The notes under the pieces are model-generated. The model worked only from the letters and a program-made list of their open reading frames with translations. It had not been told where the DNA came from and made no database searches. A program made the position numbers and the translations under genes. This document shows, piece by piece, positions 20,091 to 28,049 of a DNA stretch of 32,000 nt. Location of the stretch: contig NC_000918.1 in assembly GCF_000008625.1 (NCBI RefSeq), positions 420,001 through 452,000 of the forward strand, in the 5' to 3' direction. This DNA comes from Aquifex aeolicus VF5 (GTDB taxonomy: Bacteria > Aquificota > Aquificia > Aquificales > Aquificaceae). Every line of letters begins with the position of its first letter. Position 1 is the stretch's first letter.

Positions 20091-20774
20091 TTAAATGTAT
20101 CTTCCTTCACTTTCCATTATTACTCTTATAACGTTTCCCTCCTTTTCAATTTTAGAAACTTTGTAGTCGTAGAAGTTTATCTTCTCAAGGGAATTCAGGT
20201 CCACGTTTTTCTCGACTATGTACCTCAGGGTGTAGGCCCTGTGAGGCATAGGGTTTACCACCTTCTTACCTTTTCTTATGTAATCAAACCTCACGAAGGT
20301 AACGTCTTCAGGGAAGGTTAGTGTTTCCCTCTGCTCTGTCGTTAAAAAGTCAAAAATTACAGAACTTTCAAACATCTTTTTAGATATGTCCTTTAAAACC
20401 TCTTTCCAGAACTCCGTTAGCTTTTTTCCTTTGTACTTGTCCTGAAAGGTTACCGAGTACCTCGGTATTGGGTCATTGACTCCGAGCATGCCAAAAAGCG
20501 GAGATATTATAATTCCCCTGTCTATTATGTTTTGTTGAACTTCGGGCGGAAGACACCAAAACTCAAGACTGTCCCAGAATTTCCCATTATACCTCCTCCA
20601 CGCGGGAGCAAGGGGTTTAGTTTCTACCTTGAAGTACTCTATTAATTCCTTTCTATAGGGATTCAGTTCAGGGAACCTGTTCTTTTCCCTGTTTTCCCAT
20701 ATTGAGAAGTAGTCCTCCTTTACGAGGTCCATCGTGGACTGCTTTTTCTCCGAAGGAAGCAGGTAAAAAATCAT
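20091..20774 (-). CDS. YaaA/DUF328-like (UPF0246) protein
   Basis: 227 aa. [30 protein letters not shown] and [13 protein letters not shown] parallel E. coli YaaA segments (MLSGLYGVLRPLD..PYRLEM, LYQFWGD, KKARGLMSRFIIE) recalled from memory. Confidence 0.5.
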
Positions 20775-20820
20775 GAGATTTATTTTAGCCCAAAAGAAGG
20801 CATGTTAAAATTTCCCTAAG

Positions 20821-22143
20821 ATGGAGCTTCACTTTGCGGATGAGCCATTAAAGGTAAGCGAAGAGATAAATAAAAGTATACTGGAAACACTCCAAGAGAA
20901 AGAACAAATAGAAGTTCGTGGGGATTACATAATATTTAAAAACTTTACTGGAGTTGTAGGAGATTGTTTGGTAATTCCACGAAAACTCGCAGAACACTTT
21001 AAGCTAATCAACGAAAGTGGTGAAAAAACGCAGAACTTTTACGAAAGGTATAAAGAATTATTTGGAAAATTCTTAAAGTATATCCTGAAAAAACTTGCTA
21101 AAGAGCACATAATTTATACCCTTAGCTTGTCCAGTTTTCCCGTTGATGAGAGTAAACTAAACGAAAGTAAAATCTTTAAACTCCTGGTTCTCTTAGAGAA
21201 AAAAGAAGAACTTATAAATTCCCTGCGTTTAATTTTGTCTATTCCGCACAAAAACTTGGTTGAATACGAAACTTATAAAAGTTTAAACGAGGTTAGTTAT
21301 GTTGATTCAAATGTAATTATTGATATAGTTCAGAATCCGGAAAAACTTTACGAAACGGAAAAGGGGATAATAGAACACGAAGGAAAGAGGTATTCCCCTA
21401 CCGCGGTTCTTCAATATGAGTTTGAGGAAAGTTTTGATACTCCAGAAAACAGGTTCGTTAAACACTTATTAAAGGAACTTGAAATCCTTTTGTCTGAAGA
21501 GCTAAAGGATTTCTTCTTCTTAGAAGAATTAAAAGAAATAAAAGAAGAAATAGAGTATACACTCCGGTCGGATGTATTTTCCGAAGTGGGAGACTTAAAC
21601 TTTTTCCCTTCAAATTCTCAGGTTTTGATGAAAAAAGCAGGATACAGGGAACTCTTCCAGATTTACAGGCTCTTGCACCTGTCCTTTGTTCCTAGAATTT
21701 TTGAAGATTTAGATTTAGCGTTCTCATTAAAAGATATGGCAACACTTTGGGAGTACTACGTTTTAATAGAGATTTTAAGGGAATTTAAAGAAAAGTTTGG
21801 AACTTACAAAGTGATAATTGATTTTGAGGAAAAAGTAGAAGGTAAAACGGTTTACGAAGAGGCACAGTTTAAATTTGAGAATGATTTAATCTTGTATTAT
21901 CAAAAGAGTCTTTATGCTTATTCTGGTTTACGCTTCAGACCGGATTTTTACGTGAAATTCAAAGACAACAGATTTATATTTGATGCAAAATTCAGGATAT
22001 TTGAAAATAATGAAAAGGATTTGCTTCAAAATATGCACTATTACAGAGACGGATTAAAAGTTACATCTGCCGTTGCTGTATGTTTTGGAGAAAAGAACAA
22101 AAGAGTTCTTTTTGGAAGACGGATGGAAGTAAAGAATCAATAA
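20821..22143 (+). CDS. McrC-like PD-(D/E)xK nuclease (DUF2357/DUF524-type architecture); the C-terminus probably continues to 22232 after a frameshift
   Basis: 440-aa ORF. Nuclease core RPDFYVKF...FIFDAKFR (D375, D388-A-K390), then MHYYRD. DTPENRFVKHLL is typical of McrC-like partners. Frame 0 stays open from about 22071 to TAA 22230-22232, overlapping the next ATG. Confidence 0.65.
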   Translation: MELHFADEPLKVSEEINKSILETLQEKEQIEVRGDYIIFKNFTGVVGDCLVIPRKLAEHFKLINESGEKTQNFYERYKELFGKFLKYILKKLAKEHIIYTLSLSSFPVDESKLNESKIFKLLVLLEKKEELINSLRLILSIPHKNLVEYETYKSLNEVSYVDSNVIIDIVQNPEKLYETEKGIIEHEGKRYSPTAVLQYEFEESFDTPENRFVKHLLKELEILLSEELKDFFFLEELKEIKEEIEYTLRSDVFSEVGDLNFFPSNSQVLMKKAGYRELFQIYRLLHLSFVPRIFEDLDLAFSLKDMATLWEYYVLIEILREFKEKFGTYKVIIDFEEKVEGKTVYEEAQFKFENDLILYYQKSLYAYSGLRFRPDFYVKFKDNRFIFDAKFRIFENNEKDLLQNMHYYRDGLKVTSAVAVCFGEKNKRVLFGRRMEVKNQ

Positions 22144-22222
22144 ATTTATTTTCTGAATTAATAGAAAATAATTTTGACGGAGTAGGGTATATTGATTTAA
22201 AATTAGATATGGGGGATTTTAA

Positions 22223-22543
22223 ATGGAACTAAAACCTAAGTTCATTATAAAGATAACTTCCAAATCATTGGAAAATTTCAGAAAAACCGTATTAGAAGGT
22301 ATTGAAAAGGAAGGAGAAAAGAAGTATTTTTGGAATATCTACAGTTATTGTGGAAATTTTAATTCAAATGATGTAGTATTATTTATTGCTGAAAAACATC
22401 CAGCTGTACTCGGACAAATTATAAAAACAGCGAATGGTGATGAATTTTATAATGAACGTTTAAAGAAAGAATGGAAAGATAAAAAGGGTAGATTTAAAGC
22501 ATATTTTGAATTTAAAAAAAATAAAAGAAATAAGTCTTCCTGA
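22223..22543 (+). CDS. Small ORF, probably the detached N-terminal (possible PUA-like reader) domain of the McrB-like NTPase
   Basis: 106 aa. It ends 22 nt after an A8 run (22514-22521), where removing 1 nt fuses it in frame to ORF 22506..23915. NDVVLFIAEKHPAVLGQI and ...AYFEFKK(I)KEISLP loosely resemble EVE/ASCH-type beta-barrels. Confidence 0.5.
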   Translation: MELKPKFIIKITSKSLENFRKTVLEGIEKEGEKKYFWNIYSYCGNFNSNDVVLFIAEKHPAVLGQIIKTANGDEFYNERLKKEWKDKKGRFKAYFEFKKNKRNKSS

Positions 22544-23915
22544 GGAAATTACAAAAAGTCTGTTATCGGAACATCAAGGCAGGAGAGTGTGTAAAAAATT
22601 TGATCAATTTTCAAAAGAAAATCAAGAAAAACTTTTAAATTTCCTTTCAAAGGAAATCTCAAATATGCAGGAAGCTACAAGAATAGAAACAGGCCAACAG
22701 GAAAAAGGAACTTGCTTAAAAAATTCTTCTTTAAAGTTAGATAGTCATATCGTAAACTCTTTCTACAACGCCTTAAAGACAAAAGGTTTCGTAATACTTG
22801 CAGGACTTTCTGGAACAGGAAAAACTAAGATTTTTGAAGAATTTGTAAAGTGTTTTCCCGAAAATCACAATCTCTTCTTCCCCATTCGTCCTGACTTTAA
22901 AGACTCTAAATCTCTACTCGGATATTACAACCCACTAAAAGGAGAATACCATTCAACTCCCTTGTTAGAATTCATTTTGGAAGCTTCAAAGAACTACCTA
23001 GAAAAAGGTAAAAATGCGGACACATTTTTCGTATTGTTTGACGAAATGAATTTAGCGAGAGTTGAGTATTATTTTGCAGACTTTTTATCAGTTTTAGAGG
23101 CAAAAAGATTTGAAAATAAAGATGAAGCAGTTAAAACTAATAGTTTTAATGAGTTTTTAGAAAGCTTAGAAAAAGATTTATCAGTATTAAACGAAGAAAA
23201 CTATAAATTTACATCTCAAAGCATAAAACTACACAACGAAGATACAAAAGACGTTCCAAAAGAACTATTTTTACCACCAAACCTTTATTTTATTGGGACG
23301 GTCAATATTGATGAAACTACTTACATGTTTTCTCCAAAAGTTTTGGATAGAGCATTTACAATAGAGTTTGACGTCGGAAGTTTTAAAGATTATTTAGAAT
23401 TTTTAAAAGCAAATTCAGATGATGAGAATTCAAACATAGATGAAAATCTGAAAGAAGATTTTATTAATAAAGGTGAGTTTGCAGTTATTGACAAACAAAA
23501 GATAAAAGAATTCTTTGAAAATGAAGAAAATAAAAAATATTTAAAAGATCTTGAGGAAATAAATAATACTCTAAAAAGGTTTGGTTTACATTTCGGATAC
23601 CGTGTATTTGACGAGATTGTTATGTTCCTGTATAACTCACAAAACTCCTACTTTAAATTTGAAAACTTAGATGAAGCGTTTGATTTGGCCGTTAAAATGA
23701 AAGTTCTTCCCAAGTTCCACGGAACAAGGCAAAGATTAGAAAAGCCTGTTGTTGAATTACTCAACAAACTTGGTGTGAAAAACCCTGAAGAAAAAATTAC
23801 AGATGGAATACCGCCAATAGATGAAATTGCTGAAACTCAATTCAAACACACAGTTCACAAACTCCTAGAAATGTTTTACAAACTGAAAACTCAGGGATTT
23901 GCTTCCTTCTTATGA
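22506..23915 (+). CDS. McrB-like AAA+ (AAA_5/COG1401-type) NTPase
   Basis: Walker A GLSGTGKTK. RPDFKDSKSLLGYYNP...Y.STPLLEF. Walker B with the McrB-type extension FFVLFDEMNLARVEYYFADFLSVLE. FIGTVNIDETT...PKVLDRAFTIEF parallels the McrB GTMNxxDRS...RRF region. The track start is TTG, inside the previous ORF. Confidence 0.7.
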   Translation: MNLKKIKEISLPEEITKSLLSEHQGRRVCKKFDQFSKENQEKLLNFLSKEISNMQEATRIETGQQEKGTCLKNSSLKLDSHIVNSFYNALKTKGFVILAGLSGTGKTKIFEEFVKCFPENHNLFFPIRPDFKDSKSLLGYYNPLKGEYHSTPLLEFILEASKNYLEKGKNADTFFVLFDEMNLARVEYYFADFLSVLEAKRFENKDEAVKTNSFNEFLESLEKDLSVLNEENYKFTSQSIKLHNEDTKDVPKELFLPPNLYFIGTVNIDETTYMFSPKVLDRAFTIEFDVGSFKDYLEFLKANSDDENSNIDENLKEDFINKGEFAVIDKQKIKEFFENEENKKYLKDLEEINNTLKRFGLHFGYRVFDEIVMFLYNSQNSYFKFENLDEAFDLAVKMKVLPKFHGTRQRLEKPVVELLNKLGVKNPEEKITDGIPPIDEIAETQFKHTVHKLLEMFYKLKTQGFASFL

Positions 23916-23923
23916 AGATTAAG

Positions 23924-24000
23924 TGGTGTGCCCGGCGGGACTCGAACCCGCGACCTCGAGATTAGGAATCTCGCGCTCTATCCGCCTGAGCTACGGGCAC
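23924..24000 (-). tRNA. tRNA-Arg (anticodon CCU), CCA encoded
   Basis: The reverse complement folds as a cloverleaf: GTGCCCG TA GCTC AGGCGGATA GAGC G CGAGA TTCCTAA TCTCG AGGTC GCGGG TTCGAGT CCCGC CGGGCAC A CCA. Confidence 0.93.
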
Positions 24001-24013
24001 TACCACTAAATAA

Positions 24014-24024
24014 ATATTATATAT
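24014..24024 (-). promoter_or_regulatory. ATATATAATAT motif (contains a TATAAT -10 box) upstream of tRNA-Arg
   Basis: The motif starts 14 nt upstream of the tRNA 5-prime end. The identical 11-mer sits at the identical offset upstream of tRNA-Phe. Confidence 0.55.
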
Positions 24025-24063
24025 CCTTTCGCCTACAGAAAAAGGAATTAAAATTTAAGGATT

Positions 24064-25179
24064 ATGGAACTCCAGGTGGAGACGGTCTTTCAAACGGTTA
24101 GAGATAAAGAGTTTTTAAGGATAGCGGATAAAGTTTTAAACGAAAAGCGTATAAATCAGGAAGAAGCTTTATACCTTTACAGGAGCAATGAGCTTACCGC
24201 CCTCGGACTGCTTGCGGAATACATAAACAGGAAGAAAAACGGAATGTATGCCTACTTTATAGTGAACAGACAGATAAATCCCACAAATGTATGCATGTAT
24301 CAGTGCGACTTTTGCGCCTTCGGAGTTAAGAAGTCGGATCCCAAAGCCTACGAGATGAGTATGGAAGAAATACTGAAAAAAGTGGAAGAGCTTTACCTCA
24401 TGGGAGGCAGGGAAGTTCACATAGTAGGAGGGATACCTTCTTACTGGGATTACGATAAGTACGTAAGTATAGTAAGGGAAATTAAAAAGCGTTTTCCCGA
24501 GATAATAATAAAGGCTTGGACCGCGGTTGAGATACACCACATGGCGAAAATCTCCGGAAAGTCCTACGAAGAAGTTCTGAGTGAATTAAAAGAAGCGGGA
24601 CTTGACGCTCTTCCGGGGGGCGGTGCGGAAATATTCTCGGAAAGGGTGAGGAAGATAATAGCTCCTTACAAGGCAAACGCGGAAGAGTACTTAGAAGTTC
24701 ACAGAGTTGCTCACAAACTCGGGATTCCCAGTAACGCAACGATGCTTTACGGACATGTGGAAACACTTGAGGAAAGGGTAGAACACATGGAGATGCTGAG
24801 AAGACTTCAGGACGAAACGGGAGGCTTTCAGGTGTTCATACCTCTCGCTTACTGGCCTGAAGGGACGAGGCTCGGCGGAACGAGAACCTCTTCCGTAGAC
24901 GACCTGAAAACTATAGCTATATCGAGGATTTACCTTGATAACTTTGATCATATAAAAGCTTACTGGGTTACCTTGGGTGAAAAAGTAGCACAGGTTGCCC
25001 TGAACTTCGGTGCGGATGATCTGGACGGCACGATACAGGAGGAAAAAATAGTACACGCTGCAGGAACCAAATCCGCTTACGGGCACTCCGTGGACAAACT
25101 CGTGAACCTCATAAAGAAAGCGGGTAAAACTCCCGCTGAAAGGGATACCTTCTACAGAGTTGTCAGAGTTTACGATTAA
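24064..25179 (+). CDS. Radical SAM enzyme of the futalosine menaquinone pathway (MqnE/MqnC family; cannot be distinguished by eye)
   Basis: 371 aa. NPTNVCMYQCDFCAF (CxxxCxxC), GGREVHIVGG, LPGGGAEIF, NATMLYGHVET, QDETGGFQVFIPL and DDLDGT are all characteristic of the MqnC/MqnE/CofH clade. Confidence 0.8.
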   Translation: MELQVETVFQTVRDKEFLRIADKVLNEKRINQEEALYLYRSNELTALGLLAEYINRKKNGMYAYFIVNRQINPTNVCMYQCDFCAFGVKKSDPKAYEMSMEEILKKVEELYLMGGREVHIVGGIPSYWDYDKYVSIVREIKKRFPEIIIKAWTAVEIHHMAKISGKSYEEVLSELKEAGLDALPGGGAEIFSERVRKIIAPYKANAEEYLEVHRVAHKLGIPSNATMLYGHVETLEERVEHMEMLRRLQDETGGFQVFIPLAYWPEGTRLGGTRTSSVDDLKTIAISRIYLDNFDHIKAYWVTLGEKVAQVALNFGADDLDGTIQEEKIVHAAGTKSAYGHSVDKLVNLIKKAGKTPAERDTFYRVVRVYD

Positions 25180-25759
25180 GAATTTTCTCAATTTCTTCTT
25201 TTTTTACCTTCCCTTCCCTTAATATCTTTACACCTTCTGTTAGGTCCAGTATAGTTGATGGTTCTCCCTTTATAACTCCCGCGTCTATGTATAGATCTAC
25301 TTTATTACCGAAGTAATTGTAAGCTTCTTCTACGCTTTCAGCTGGTTTTTTGCCTTCAGGGTTTACACTGGGTGCAACCACGGGTTTTTTTAATTCGCTT
25401 AATAAATCCCTTATAAATCCTTTTTGTGGTAGCCTAACGGCTAAGGTTCCTTTACTTACGTAGTCCAGTTTATCGCAGGTTTTTCTAAAAACTAAGGTCA
25501 AACCTTCCACTTTCAGGAGTTTTTTGTGTTCTTCCTTTACGTCAAGGCAGAGTTTTTCGAGCCACGATTCATCGGGAAGGAGAACCAAGAAAGGCTTTCC
25601 CGAAGGTCTCCTGATTTTGTAGAGTCTTTTTACCGCTTCTTCGTTCGTCGCATCTGCAAGTATGCCGTACAAAGTATCTGTAGGAGCTACAATTATCCCG
25701 CCTTTTTTTAGAATTTCTACCGCTTCTTTTAGGGCTTCCTTAGAGGCTTTTAAGATCAT
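25163..25759 (-). CDS. tsaC: L-threonylcarbamoyladenylate synthase (YrdC/TsaC type, single domain)
   Basis: 198 aa. GGIIVAPTDTLYGILADA, KIRRPSGKPF and APSVNPEG are YrdC-domain motifs. Confidence 0.85.
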   Translation of the reverse strand: MILKASKEALKEAVEILKKGGIIVAPTDTLYGILADATNEEAVKRLYKIRRPSGKPFLVLLPDESWLEKLCLDVKEEHKKLLKVEGLTLVFRKTCDKLDYVSKGTLAVRLPQKGFIRDLLSELKKPVVAPSVNPEGKKPAESVEEAYNYFGNKVDLYIDAGVIKGEPSTILDLTEGVKILREGKVKKEEIEKILNRKL

Positions 25760-26805
25760 TTCTTTTTAGAAAGATACATCAATGGGTTGTAAAGGTTGCC
25801 CTGTTTGTCCCTTATTTCAAAGTGCAGGGCACACCTTCCCTCATCTGGTTTTATCCCCACGTATCCAATGGTTTCGCCCTTCTTGACTTTTTGATCGGCT
25901 TTTACGGTATTCCTCTCGTTGTAAGCATATACGGTCGTGTAAGTTCCGTGATCTAAGATAACTATATTCCCGTAAACGGATATATCGTTACCGCTGTAGA
26001 TAACCTTTCCGCTTTCCACAGCCTTTACCGGTTTTCCGCAGTCCGTATAAATAGTCACTCCCCTCTTGTCCCTTACAACTTTTCCGTCCACAGGTAAAAA
26101 TGCGAGACTTATCTTTGGAATTTTTGCGTACTTCTCTATGTAAACCCACCTGTAAACGGGAATTTTAAGTTTCTGTCCTACGCGTATTAGGTTACCCTTC
26201 AGTCTGTTTATCCTCTTTATTTCTTTTACACTCGTTCTGAAACGTTTTGCTATTTTTATTAAAGTGTCTCCCCTTCTTACCCTGTATATAACTATTACTC
26301 TTTTCCTAACTCTTTCTTTCACAACCTTCGGGTACTTAGAAGTCGTGCGATACACCTTTTGTTCTTTCTTTACTGTCTTTACTTCTTTATAAACAGGTAT
26401 CTTTAACTTTTGCCCGACGTAAATTCTGTTTCCCTTTAATTTGTTTACTCTTTTTATTTCTTTTACGCTTACTCCAAATTTCTTGGCTATTTTTATTAAG
26501 CTATCTCCCCTTTTAACCCTGTAAACTACATAACTCTTTTTGTAGTTAGTTTTAGTTTTAGTTTTAACAACCTTTTTACTTTTGCTTATTTTCTTCTTCA
26601 AACAAATTTTTTCACCGGGTCTTAAGTACTTTCTATTTTTGAGTTTAGGGTTTAGTTCTAAAAGTTTTCCTATTGACGTTTTATACTCTTTCGCTATTTT
26701 CCACAGGGAGTCTCCTTTTTTTACCTTATAGTAAACACTGCACTCGGAAGCGTATAGGGTGAGGGCACTAAGAATACCTAATATCAAAACCGTAAACGGG
26801 TTCAT
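25756..26805 (-). CDS. Secreted peptidoglycan hydrolase with three LysM domains and a C-terminal M23 peptidase domain (NlpD-like)
   Basis: Signal peptide MNPFTVLILGILSALTLYA. Three Y.V++GD(S/T)L.KIAK...(L/I)...N.L units. M23 motifs DHG...TVYAY and ALHFEIR. Confidence 0.88.
   Translation of the reverse strand: MNPFTVLILGILSALTLYASECSVYYKVKKGDSLWKIAKEYKTSIGKLLELNPKLKNRKYLRPGEKICLKKKISKSKKVVKTKTKTNYKKSYVVYRVKRGDSLIKIAKKFGVSVKEIKRVNKLKGNRIYVGQKLKIPVYKEVKTVKKEQKVYRTTSKYPKVVKERVRKRVIVIYRVRRGDTLIKIAKRFRTSVKEIKRINRLKGNLIRVGQKLKIPVYRWVYIEKYAKIPKISLAFLPVDGKVVRDKRGVTIYTDCGKPVKAVESGKVIYSGNDISVYGNIVILDHGTYTTVYAYNERNTVKADQKVKKGETIGYVGIKPDEGRCALHFEIRDKQGNLYNPLMYLSKKK
26151..26528 (-). repeat. Intragenic DNA repeat: two copies of about 140 bp (period about 239 bp) encoding LysM units 2 and 3
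   Basis: About 26151-26290 and about 26390-26528 share long identical runs (for example tttatttcttttac, gctatttttattaa, tctcccctt). They encode YRVKRGDSLIKIAKKFGVSVKEIKRVNKLKGNRIYVGQKLKIPVY and YRVRRGDTLIKIAKRFRTSVKEIKRINRLKGNLIRVGQKLKIPVY. Confidence 0.8.
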
Positions 26806-27040
26806 CGGATTGCTCCTTTATTATTTCTACTTTATCAACCCTTGCCGCGGGAGGTCCTTTGAGTATGTCCTTTATGAAGTGTCCTATAAGTTCTTCGTCT
26901 CCCTCTACGAGTATTTCAACCCTTCCGTCGGGAAGGTTCCTGACCCAACCGTTTAATCCGTAACTTTCCGCTATTCTCTTCGTGTAGGCTCTGAAGCCCA
27001 CTCCCTGCACCAGACCTTCTACGAAAATCCTCAACTTCAT
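26768..27040 (-). CDS. acyP: Acylphosphatase
   Basis: 90 aa with VQGVGFRAYT and GWVRNLPDGRVE, the two acylphosphatase signatures. Confidence 0.9.
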   Translation of the reverse strand: MKLRIFVEGLVQGVGFRAYTKRIAESYGLNGWVRNLPDGRVEILVEGDEELIGHFIKDILKGPPAARVDKVEIIKEQSDEPVYGFDIRYS

Positions 27041-27061
27041 GTTAATTATGATAAACGTAAA

Positions 27062-28048
27062 TTAATCCCCTATTTCTATCTTTCCTTCGTCTATCATCTT
27101 TCTGATGATGTTCACTACCTGCCTTTGAGCCTTTTCTATCTCTGACTTCTTCACAGGCCCTAAGGCTTCCATGTCTTCTAAGAAGAGCTTTGCCGCACGC
27201 TTTGACATGTTTGAAAGGAACTTCTGTTTTATGTCTTCGGGAGCACCGAGCAGGGCTATCATCAAGGTGTTTTTGTCCACAACTTTCAGTATTTCTATGA
27301 TATCCCTGTCCGAGAGTTTCCTTATGTCCTCGAAGGTGAACATCTTTTCCCTTATCCTTTCTTCGAGGAGGGGATCTTCCTGTCCTATGCTCTGGAGAAT
27401 GAGCTCCCTCGTTTCCTTGTCAAGGGTGTTTAAGAGTTCCGCGGCAACCGCTGTTCCCTCCAGTTTTAAGGCTTCCTTCGCACCTAAGGAACTTATCTCT
27501 TCGAGGAGTATTTGAGCGAGTTCCTTCACGTACTGCACGTTTACGTTTTCTAAGGTGGCTATCCTCTTTACAACTTCCTTTTTAAGTTCTTCAGGTAAGT
27601 TCTGGATTATCTCAGCAGATTTCTTCGGACTGAGCTGGGAAAGGAACAGGGCAATTGTTTGAGGGTGTTCGTTTTTCAAAAGACTTGCGAGTATTCTGCT
27701 GTCTACTTTTTCTATTTCTTTTAATATCTTCTCCGCGTCTCCGAGCTCCAGTATGCCCCTGAACTTCTCCGCAAGGGTGGGAGGGATTACCTTTTTAATG
27801 TTCTCTATAAACTCTTCGGGTTTCTTTATCTTTATTCCAGCTTTCTTTATTTCATCCAAAAGCTCTTCCGCTATGTTCTCTATTTCCTCCTCCGGAACAC
27901 TTTCCAAATCTTTGGCGAGTGCAAAGAGTTTCTGGAGTTCTTCTTCTGAGAGTTCCTTTACTATGTTCATACTGACTTCTTCGGGTAGGGAAAGCAGGAG
28001 TACTGCAGCCTTCTGAGCCTTCGATAGTGCACTCTTTTCTTGAGCCAT
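27062..28048 (-). CDS. fliG: Flagellar motor switch protein FliG
   Basis: 328 aa. KAAVLLLSL start, EHPQTIALFLS, MFTFEDI and C-terminal LEDMEALGPVK...AQ..IV are typical FliG blocks. Confidence 0.9.
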   Translation of the reverse strand: MAQEKSALSKAQKAAVLLLSLPEEVSMNIVKELSEEELQKLFALAKDLESVPEEEIENIAEELLDEIKKAGIKIKKPEEFIENIKKVIPPTLAEKFRGILELGDAEKILKEIEKVDSRILASLLKNEHPQTIALFLSQLSPKKSAEIIQNLPEELKKEVVKRIATLENVNVQYVKELAQILLEEISSLGAKEALKLEGTAVAAELLNTLDKETRELILQSIGQEDPLLEERIREKMFTFEDIRKLSDRDIIEILKVVDKNTLMIALLGAPEDIKQKFLSNMSKRAAKLFLEDMEALGPVKKSEIEKAQRQVVNIIRKMIDEGKIEIGD

Positions 28049-28049
28049 T

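Noticed and set aside
20775-24000. A mobile-element interpretation of the AT-rich islet (integrase, or a direct repeat of the tRNA-Arg 3-prime end as an att site)
   Set aside because: No integrase, transposase or recombinase ORF is present. I could not find a copy of the tRNA 3-prime segment (cgggactcgaacc...) at the left boundary (20775-20820). Horizontal origin therefore rests only on composition and tRNA adjacency.
24169-25191. Three minus-strand ORFs (94-166 aa) antisense to the Mqn radical-SAM gene
   Set aside because: They lie entirely within a strongly supported coding region on the other strand and have no motifs and no SD.
26768-26805. The 38-nt overlap between acyP and the LysM-M23 gene as another frameshift
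   Set aside because: Both proteins are complete. AcyP has both signatures and normal length, and the peptidase starts with a proper signal peptide. The overlap looks genuine, or reflects minor start-codon uncertainty.
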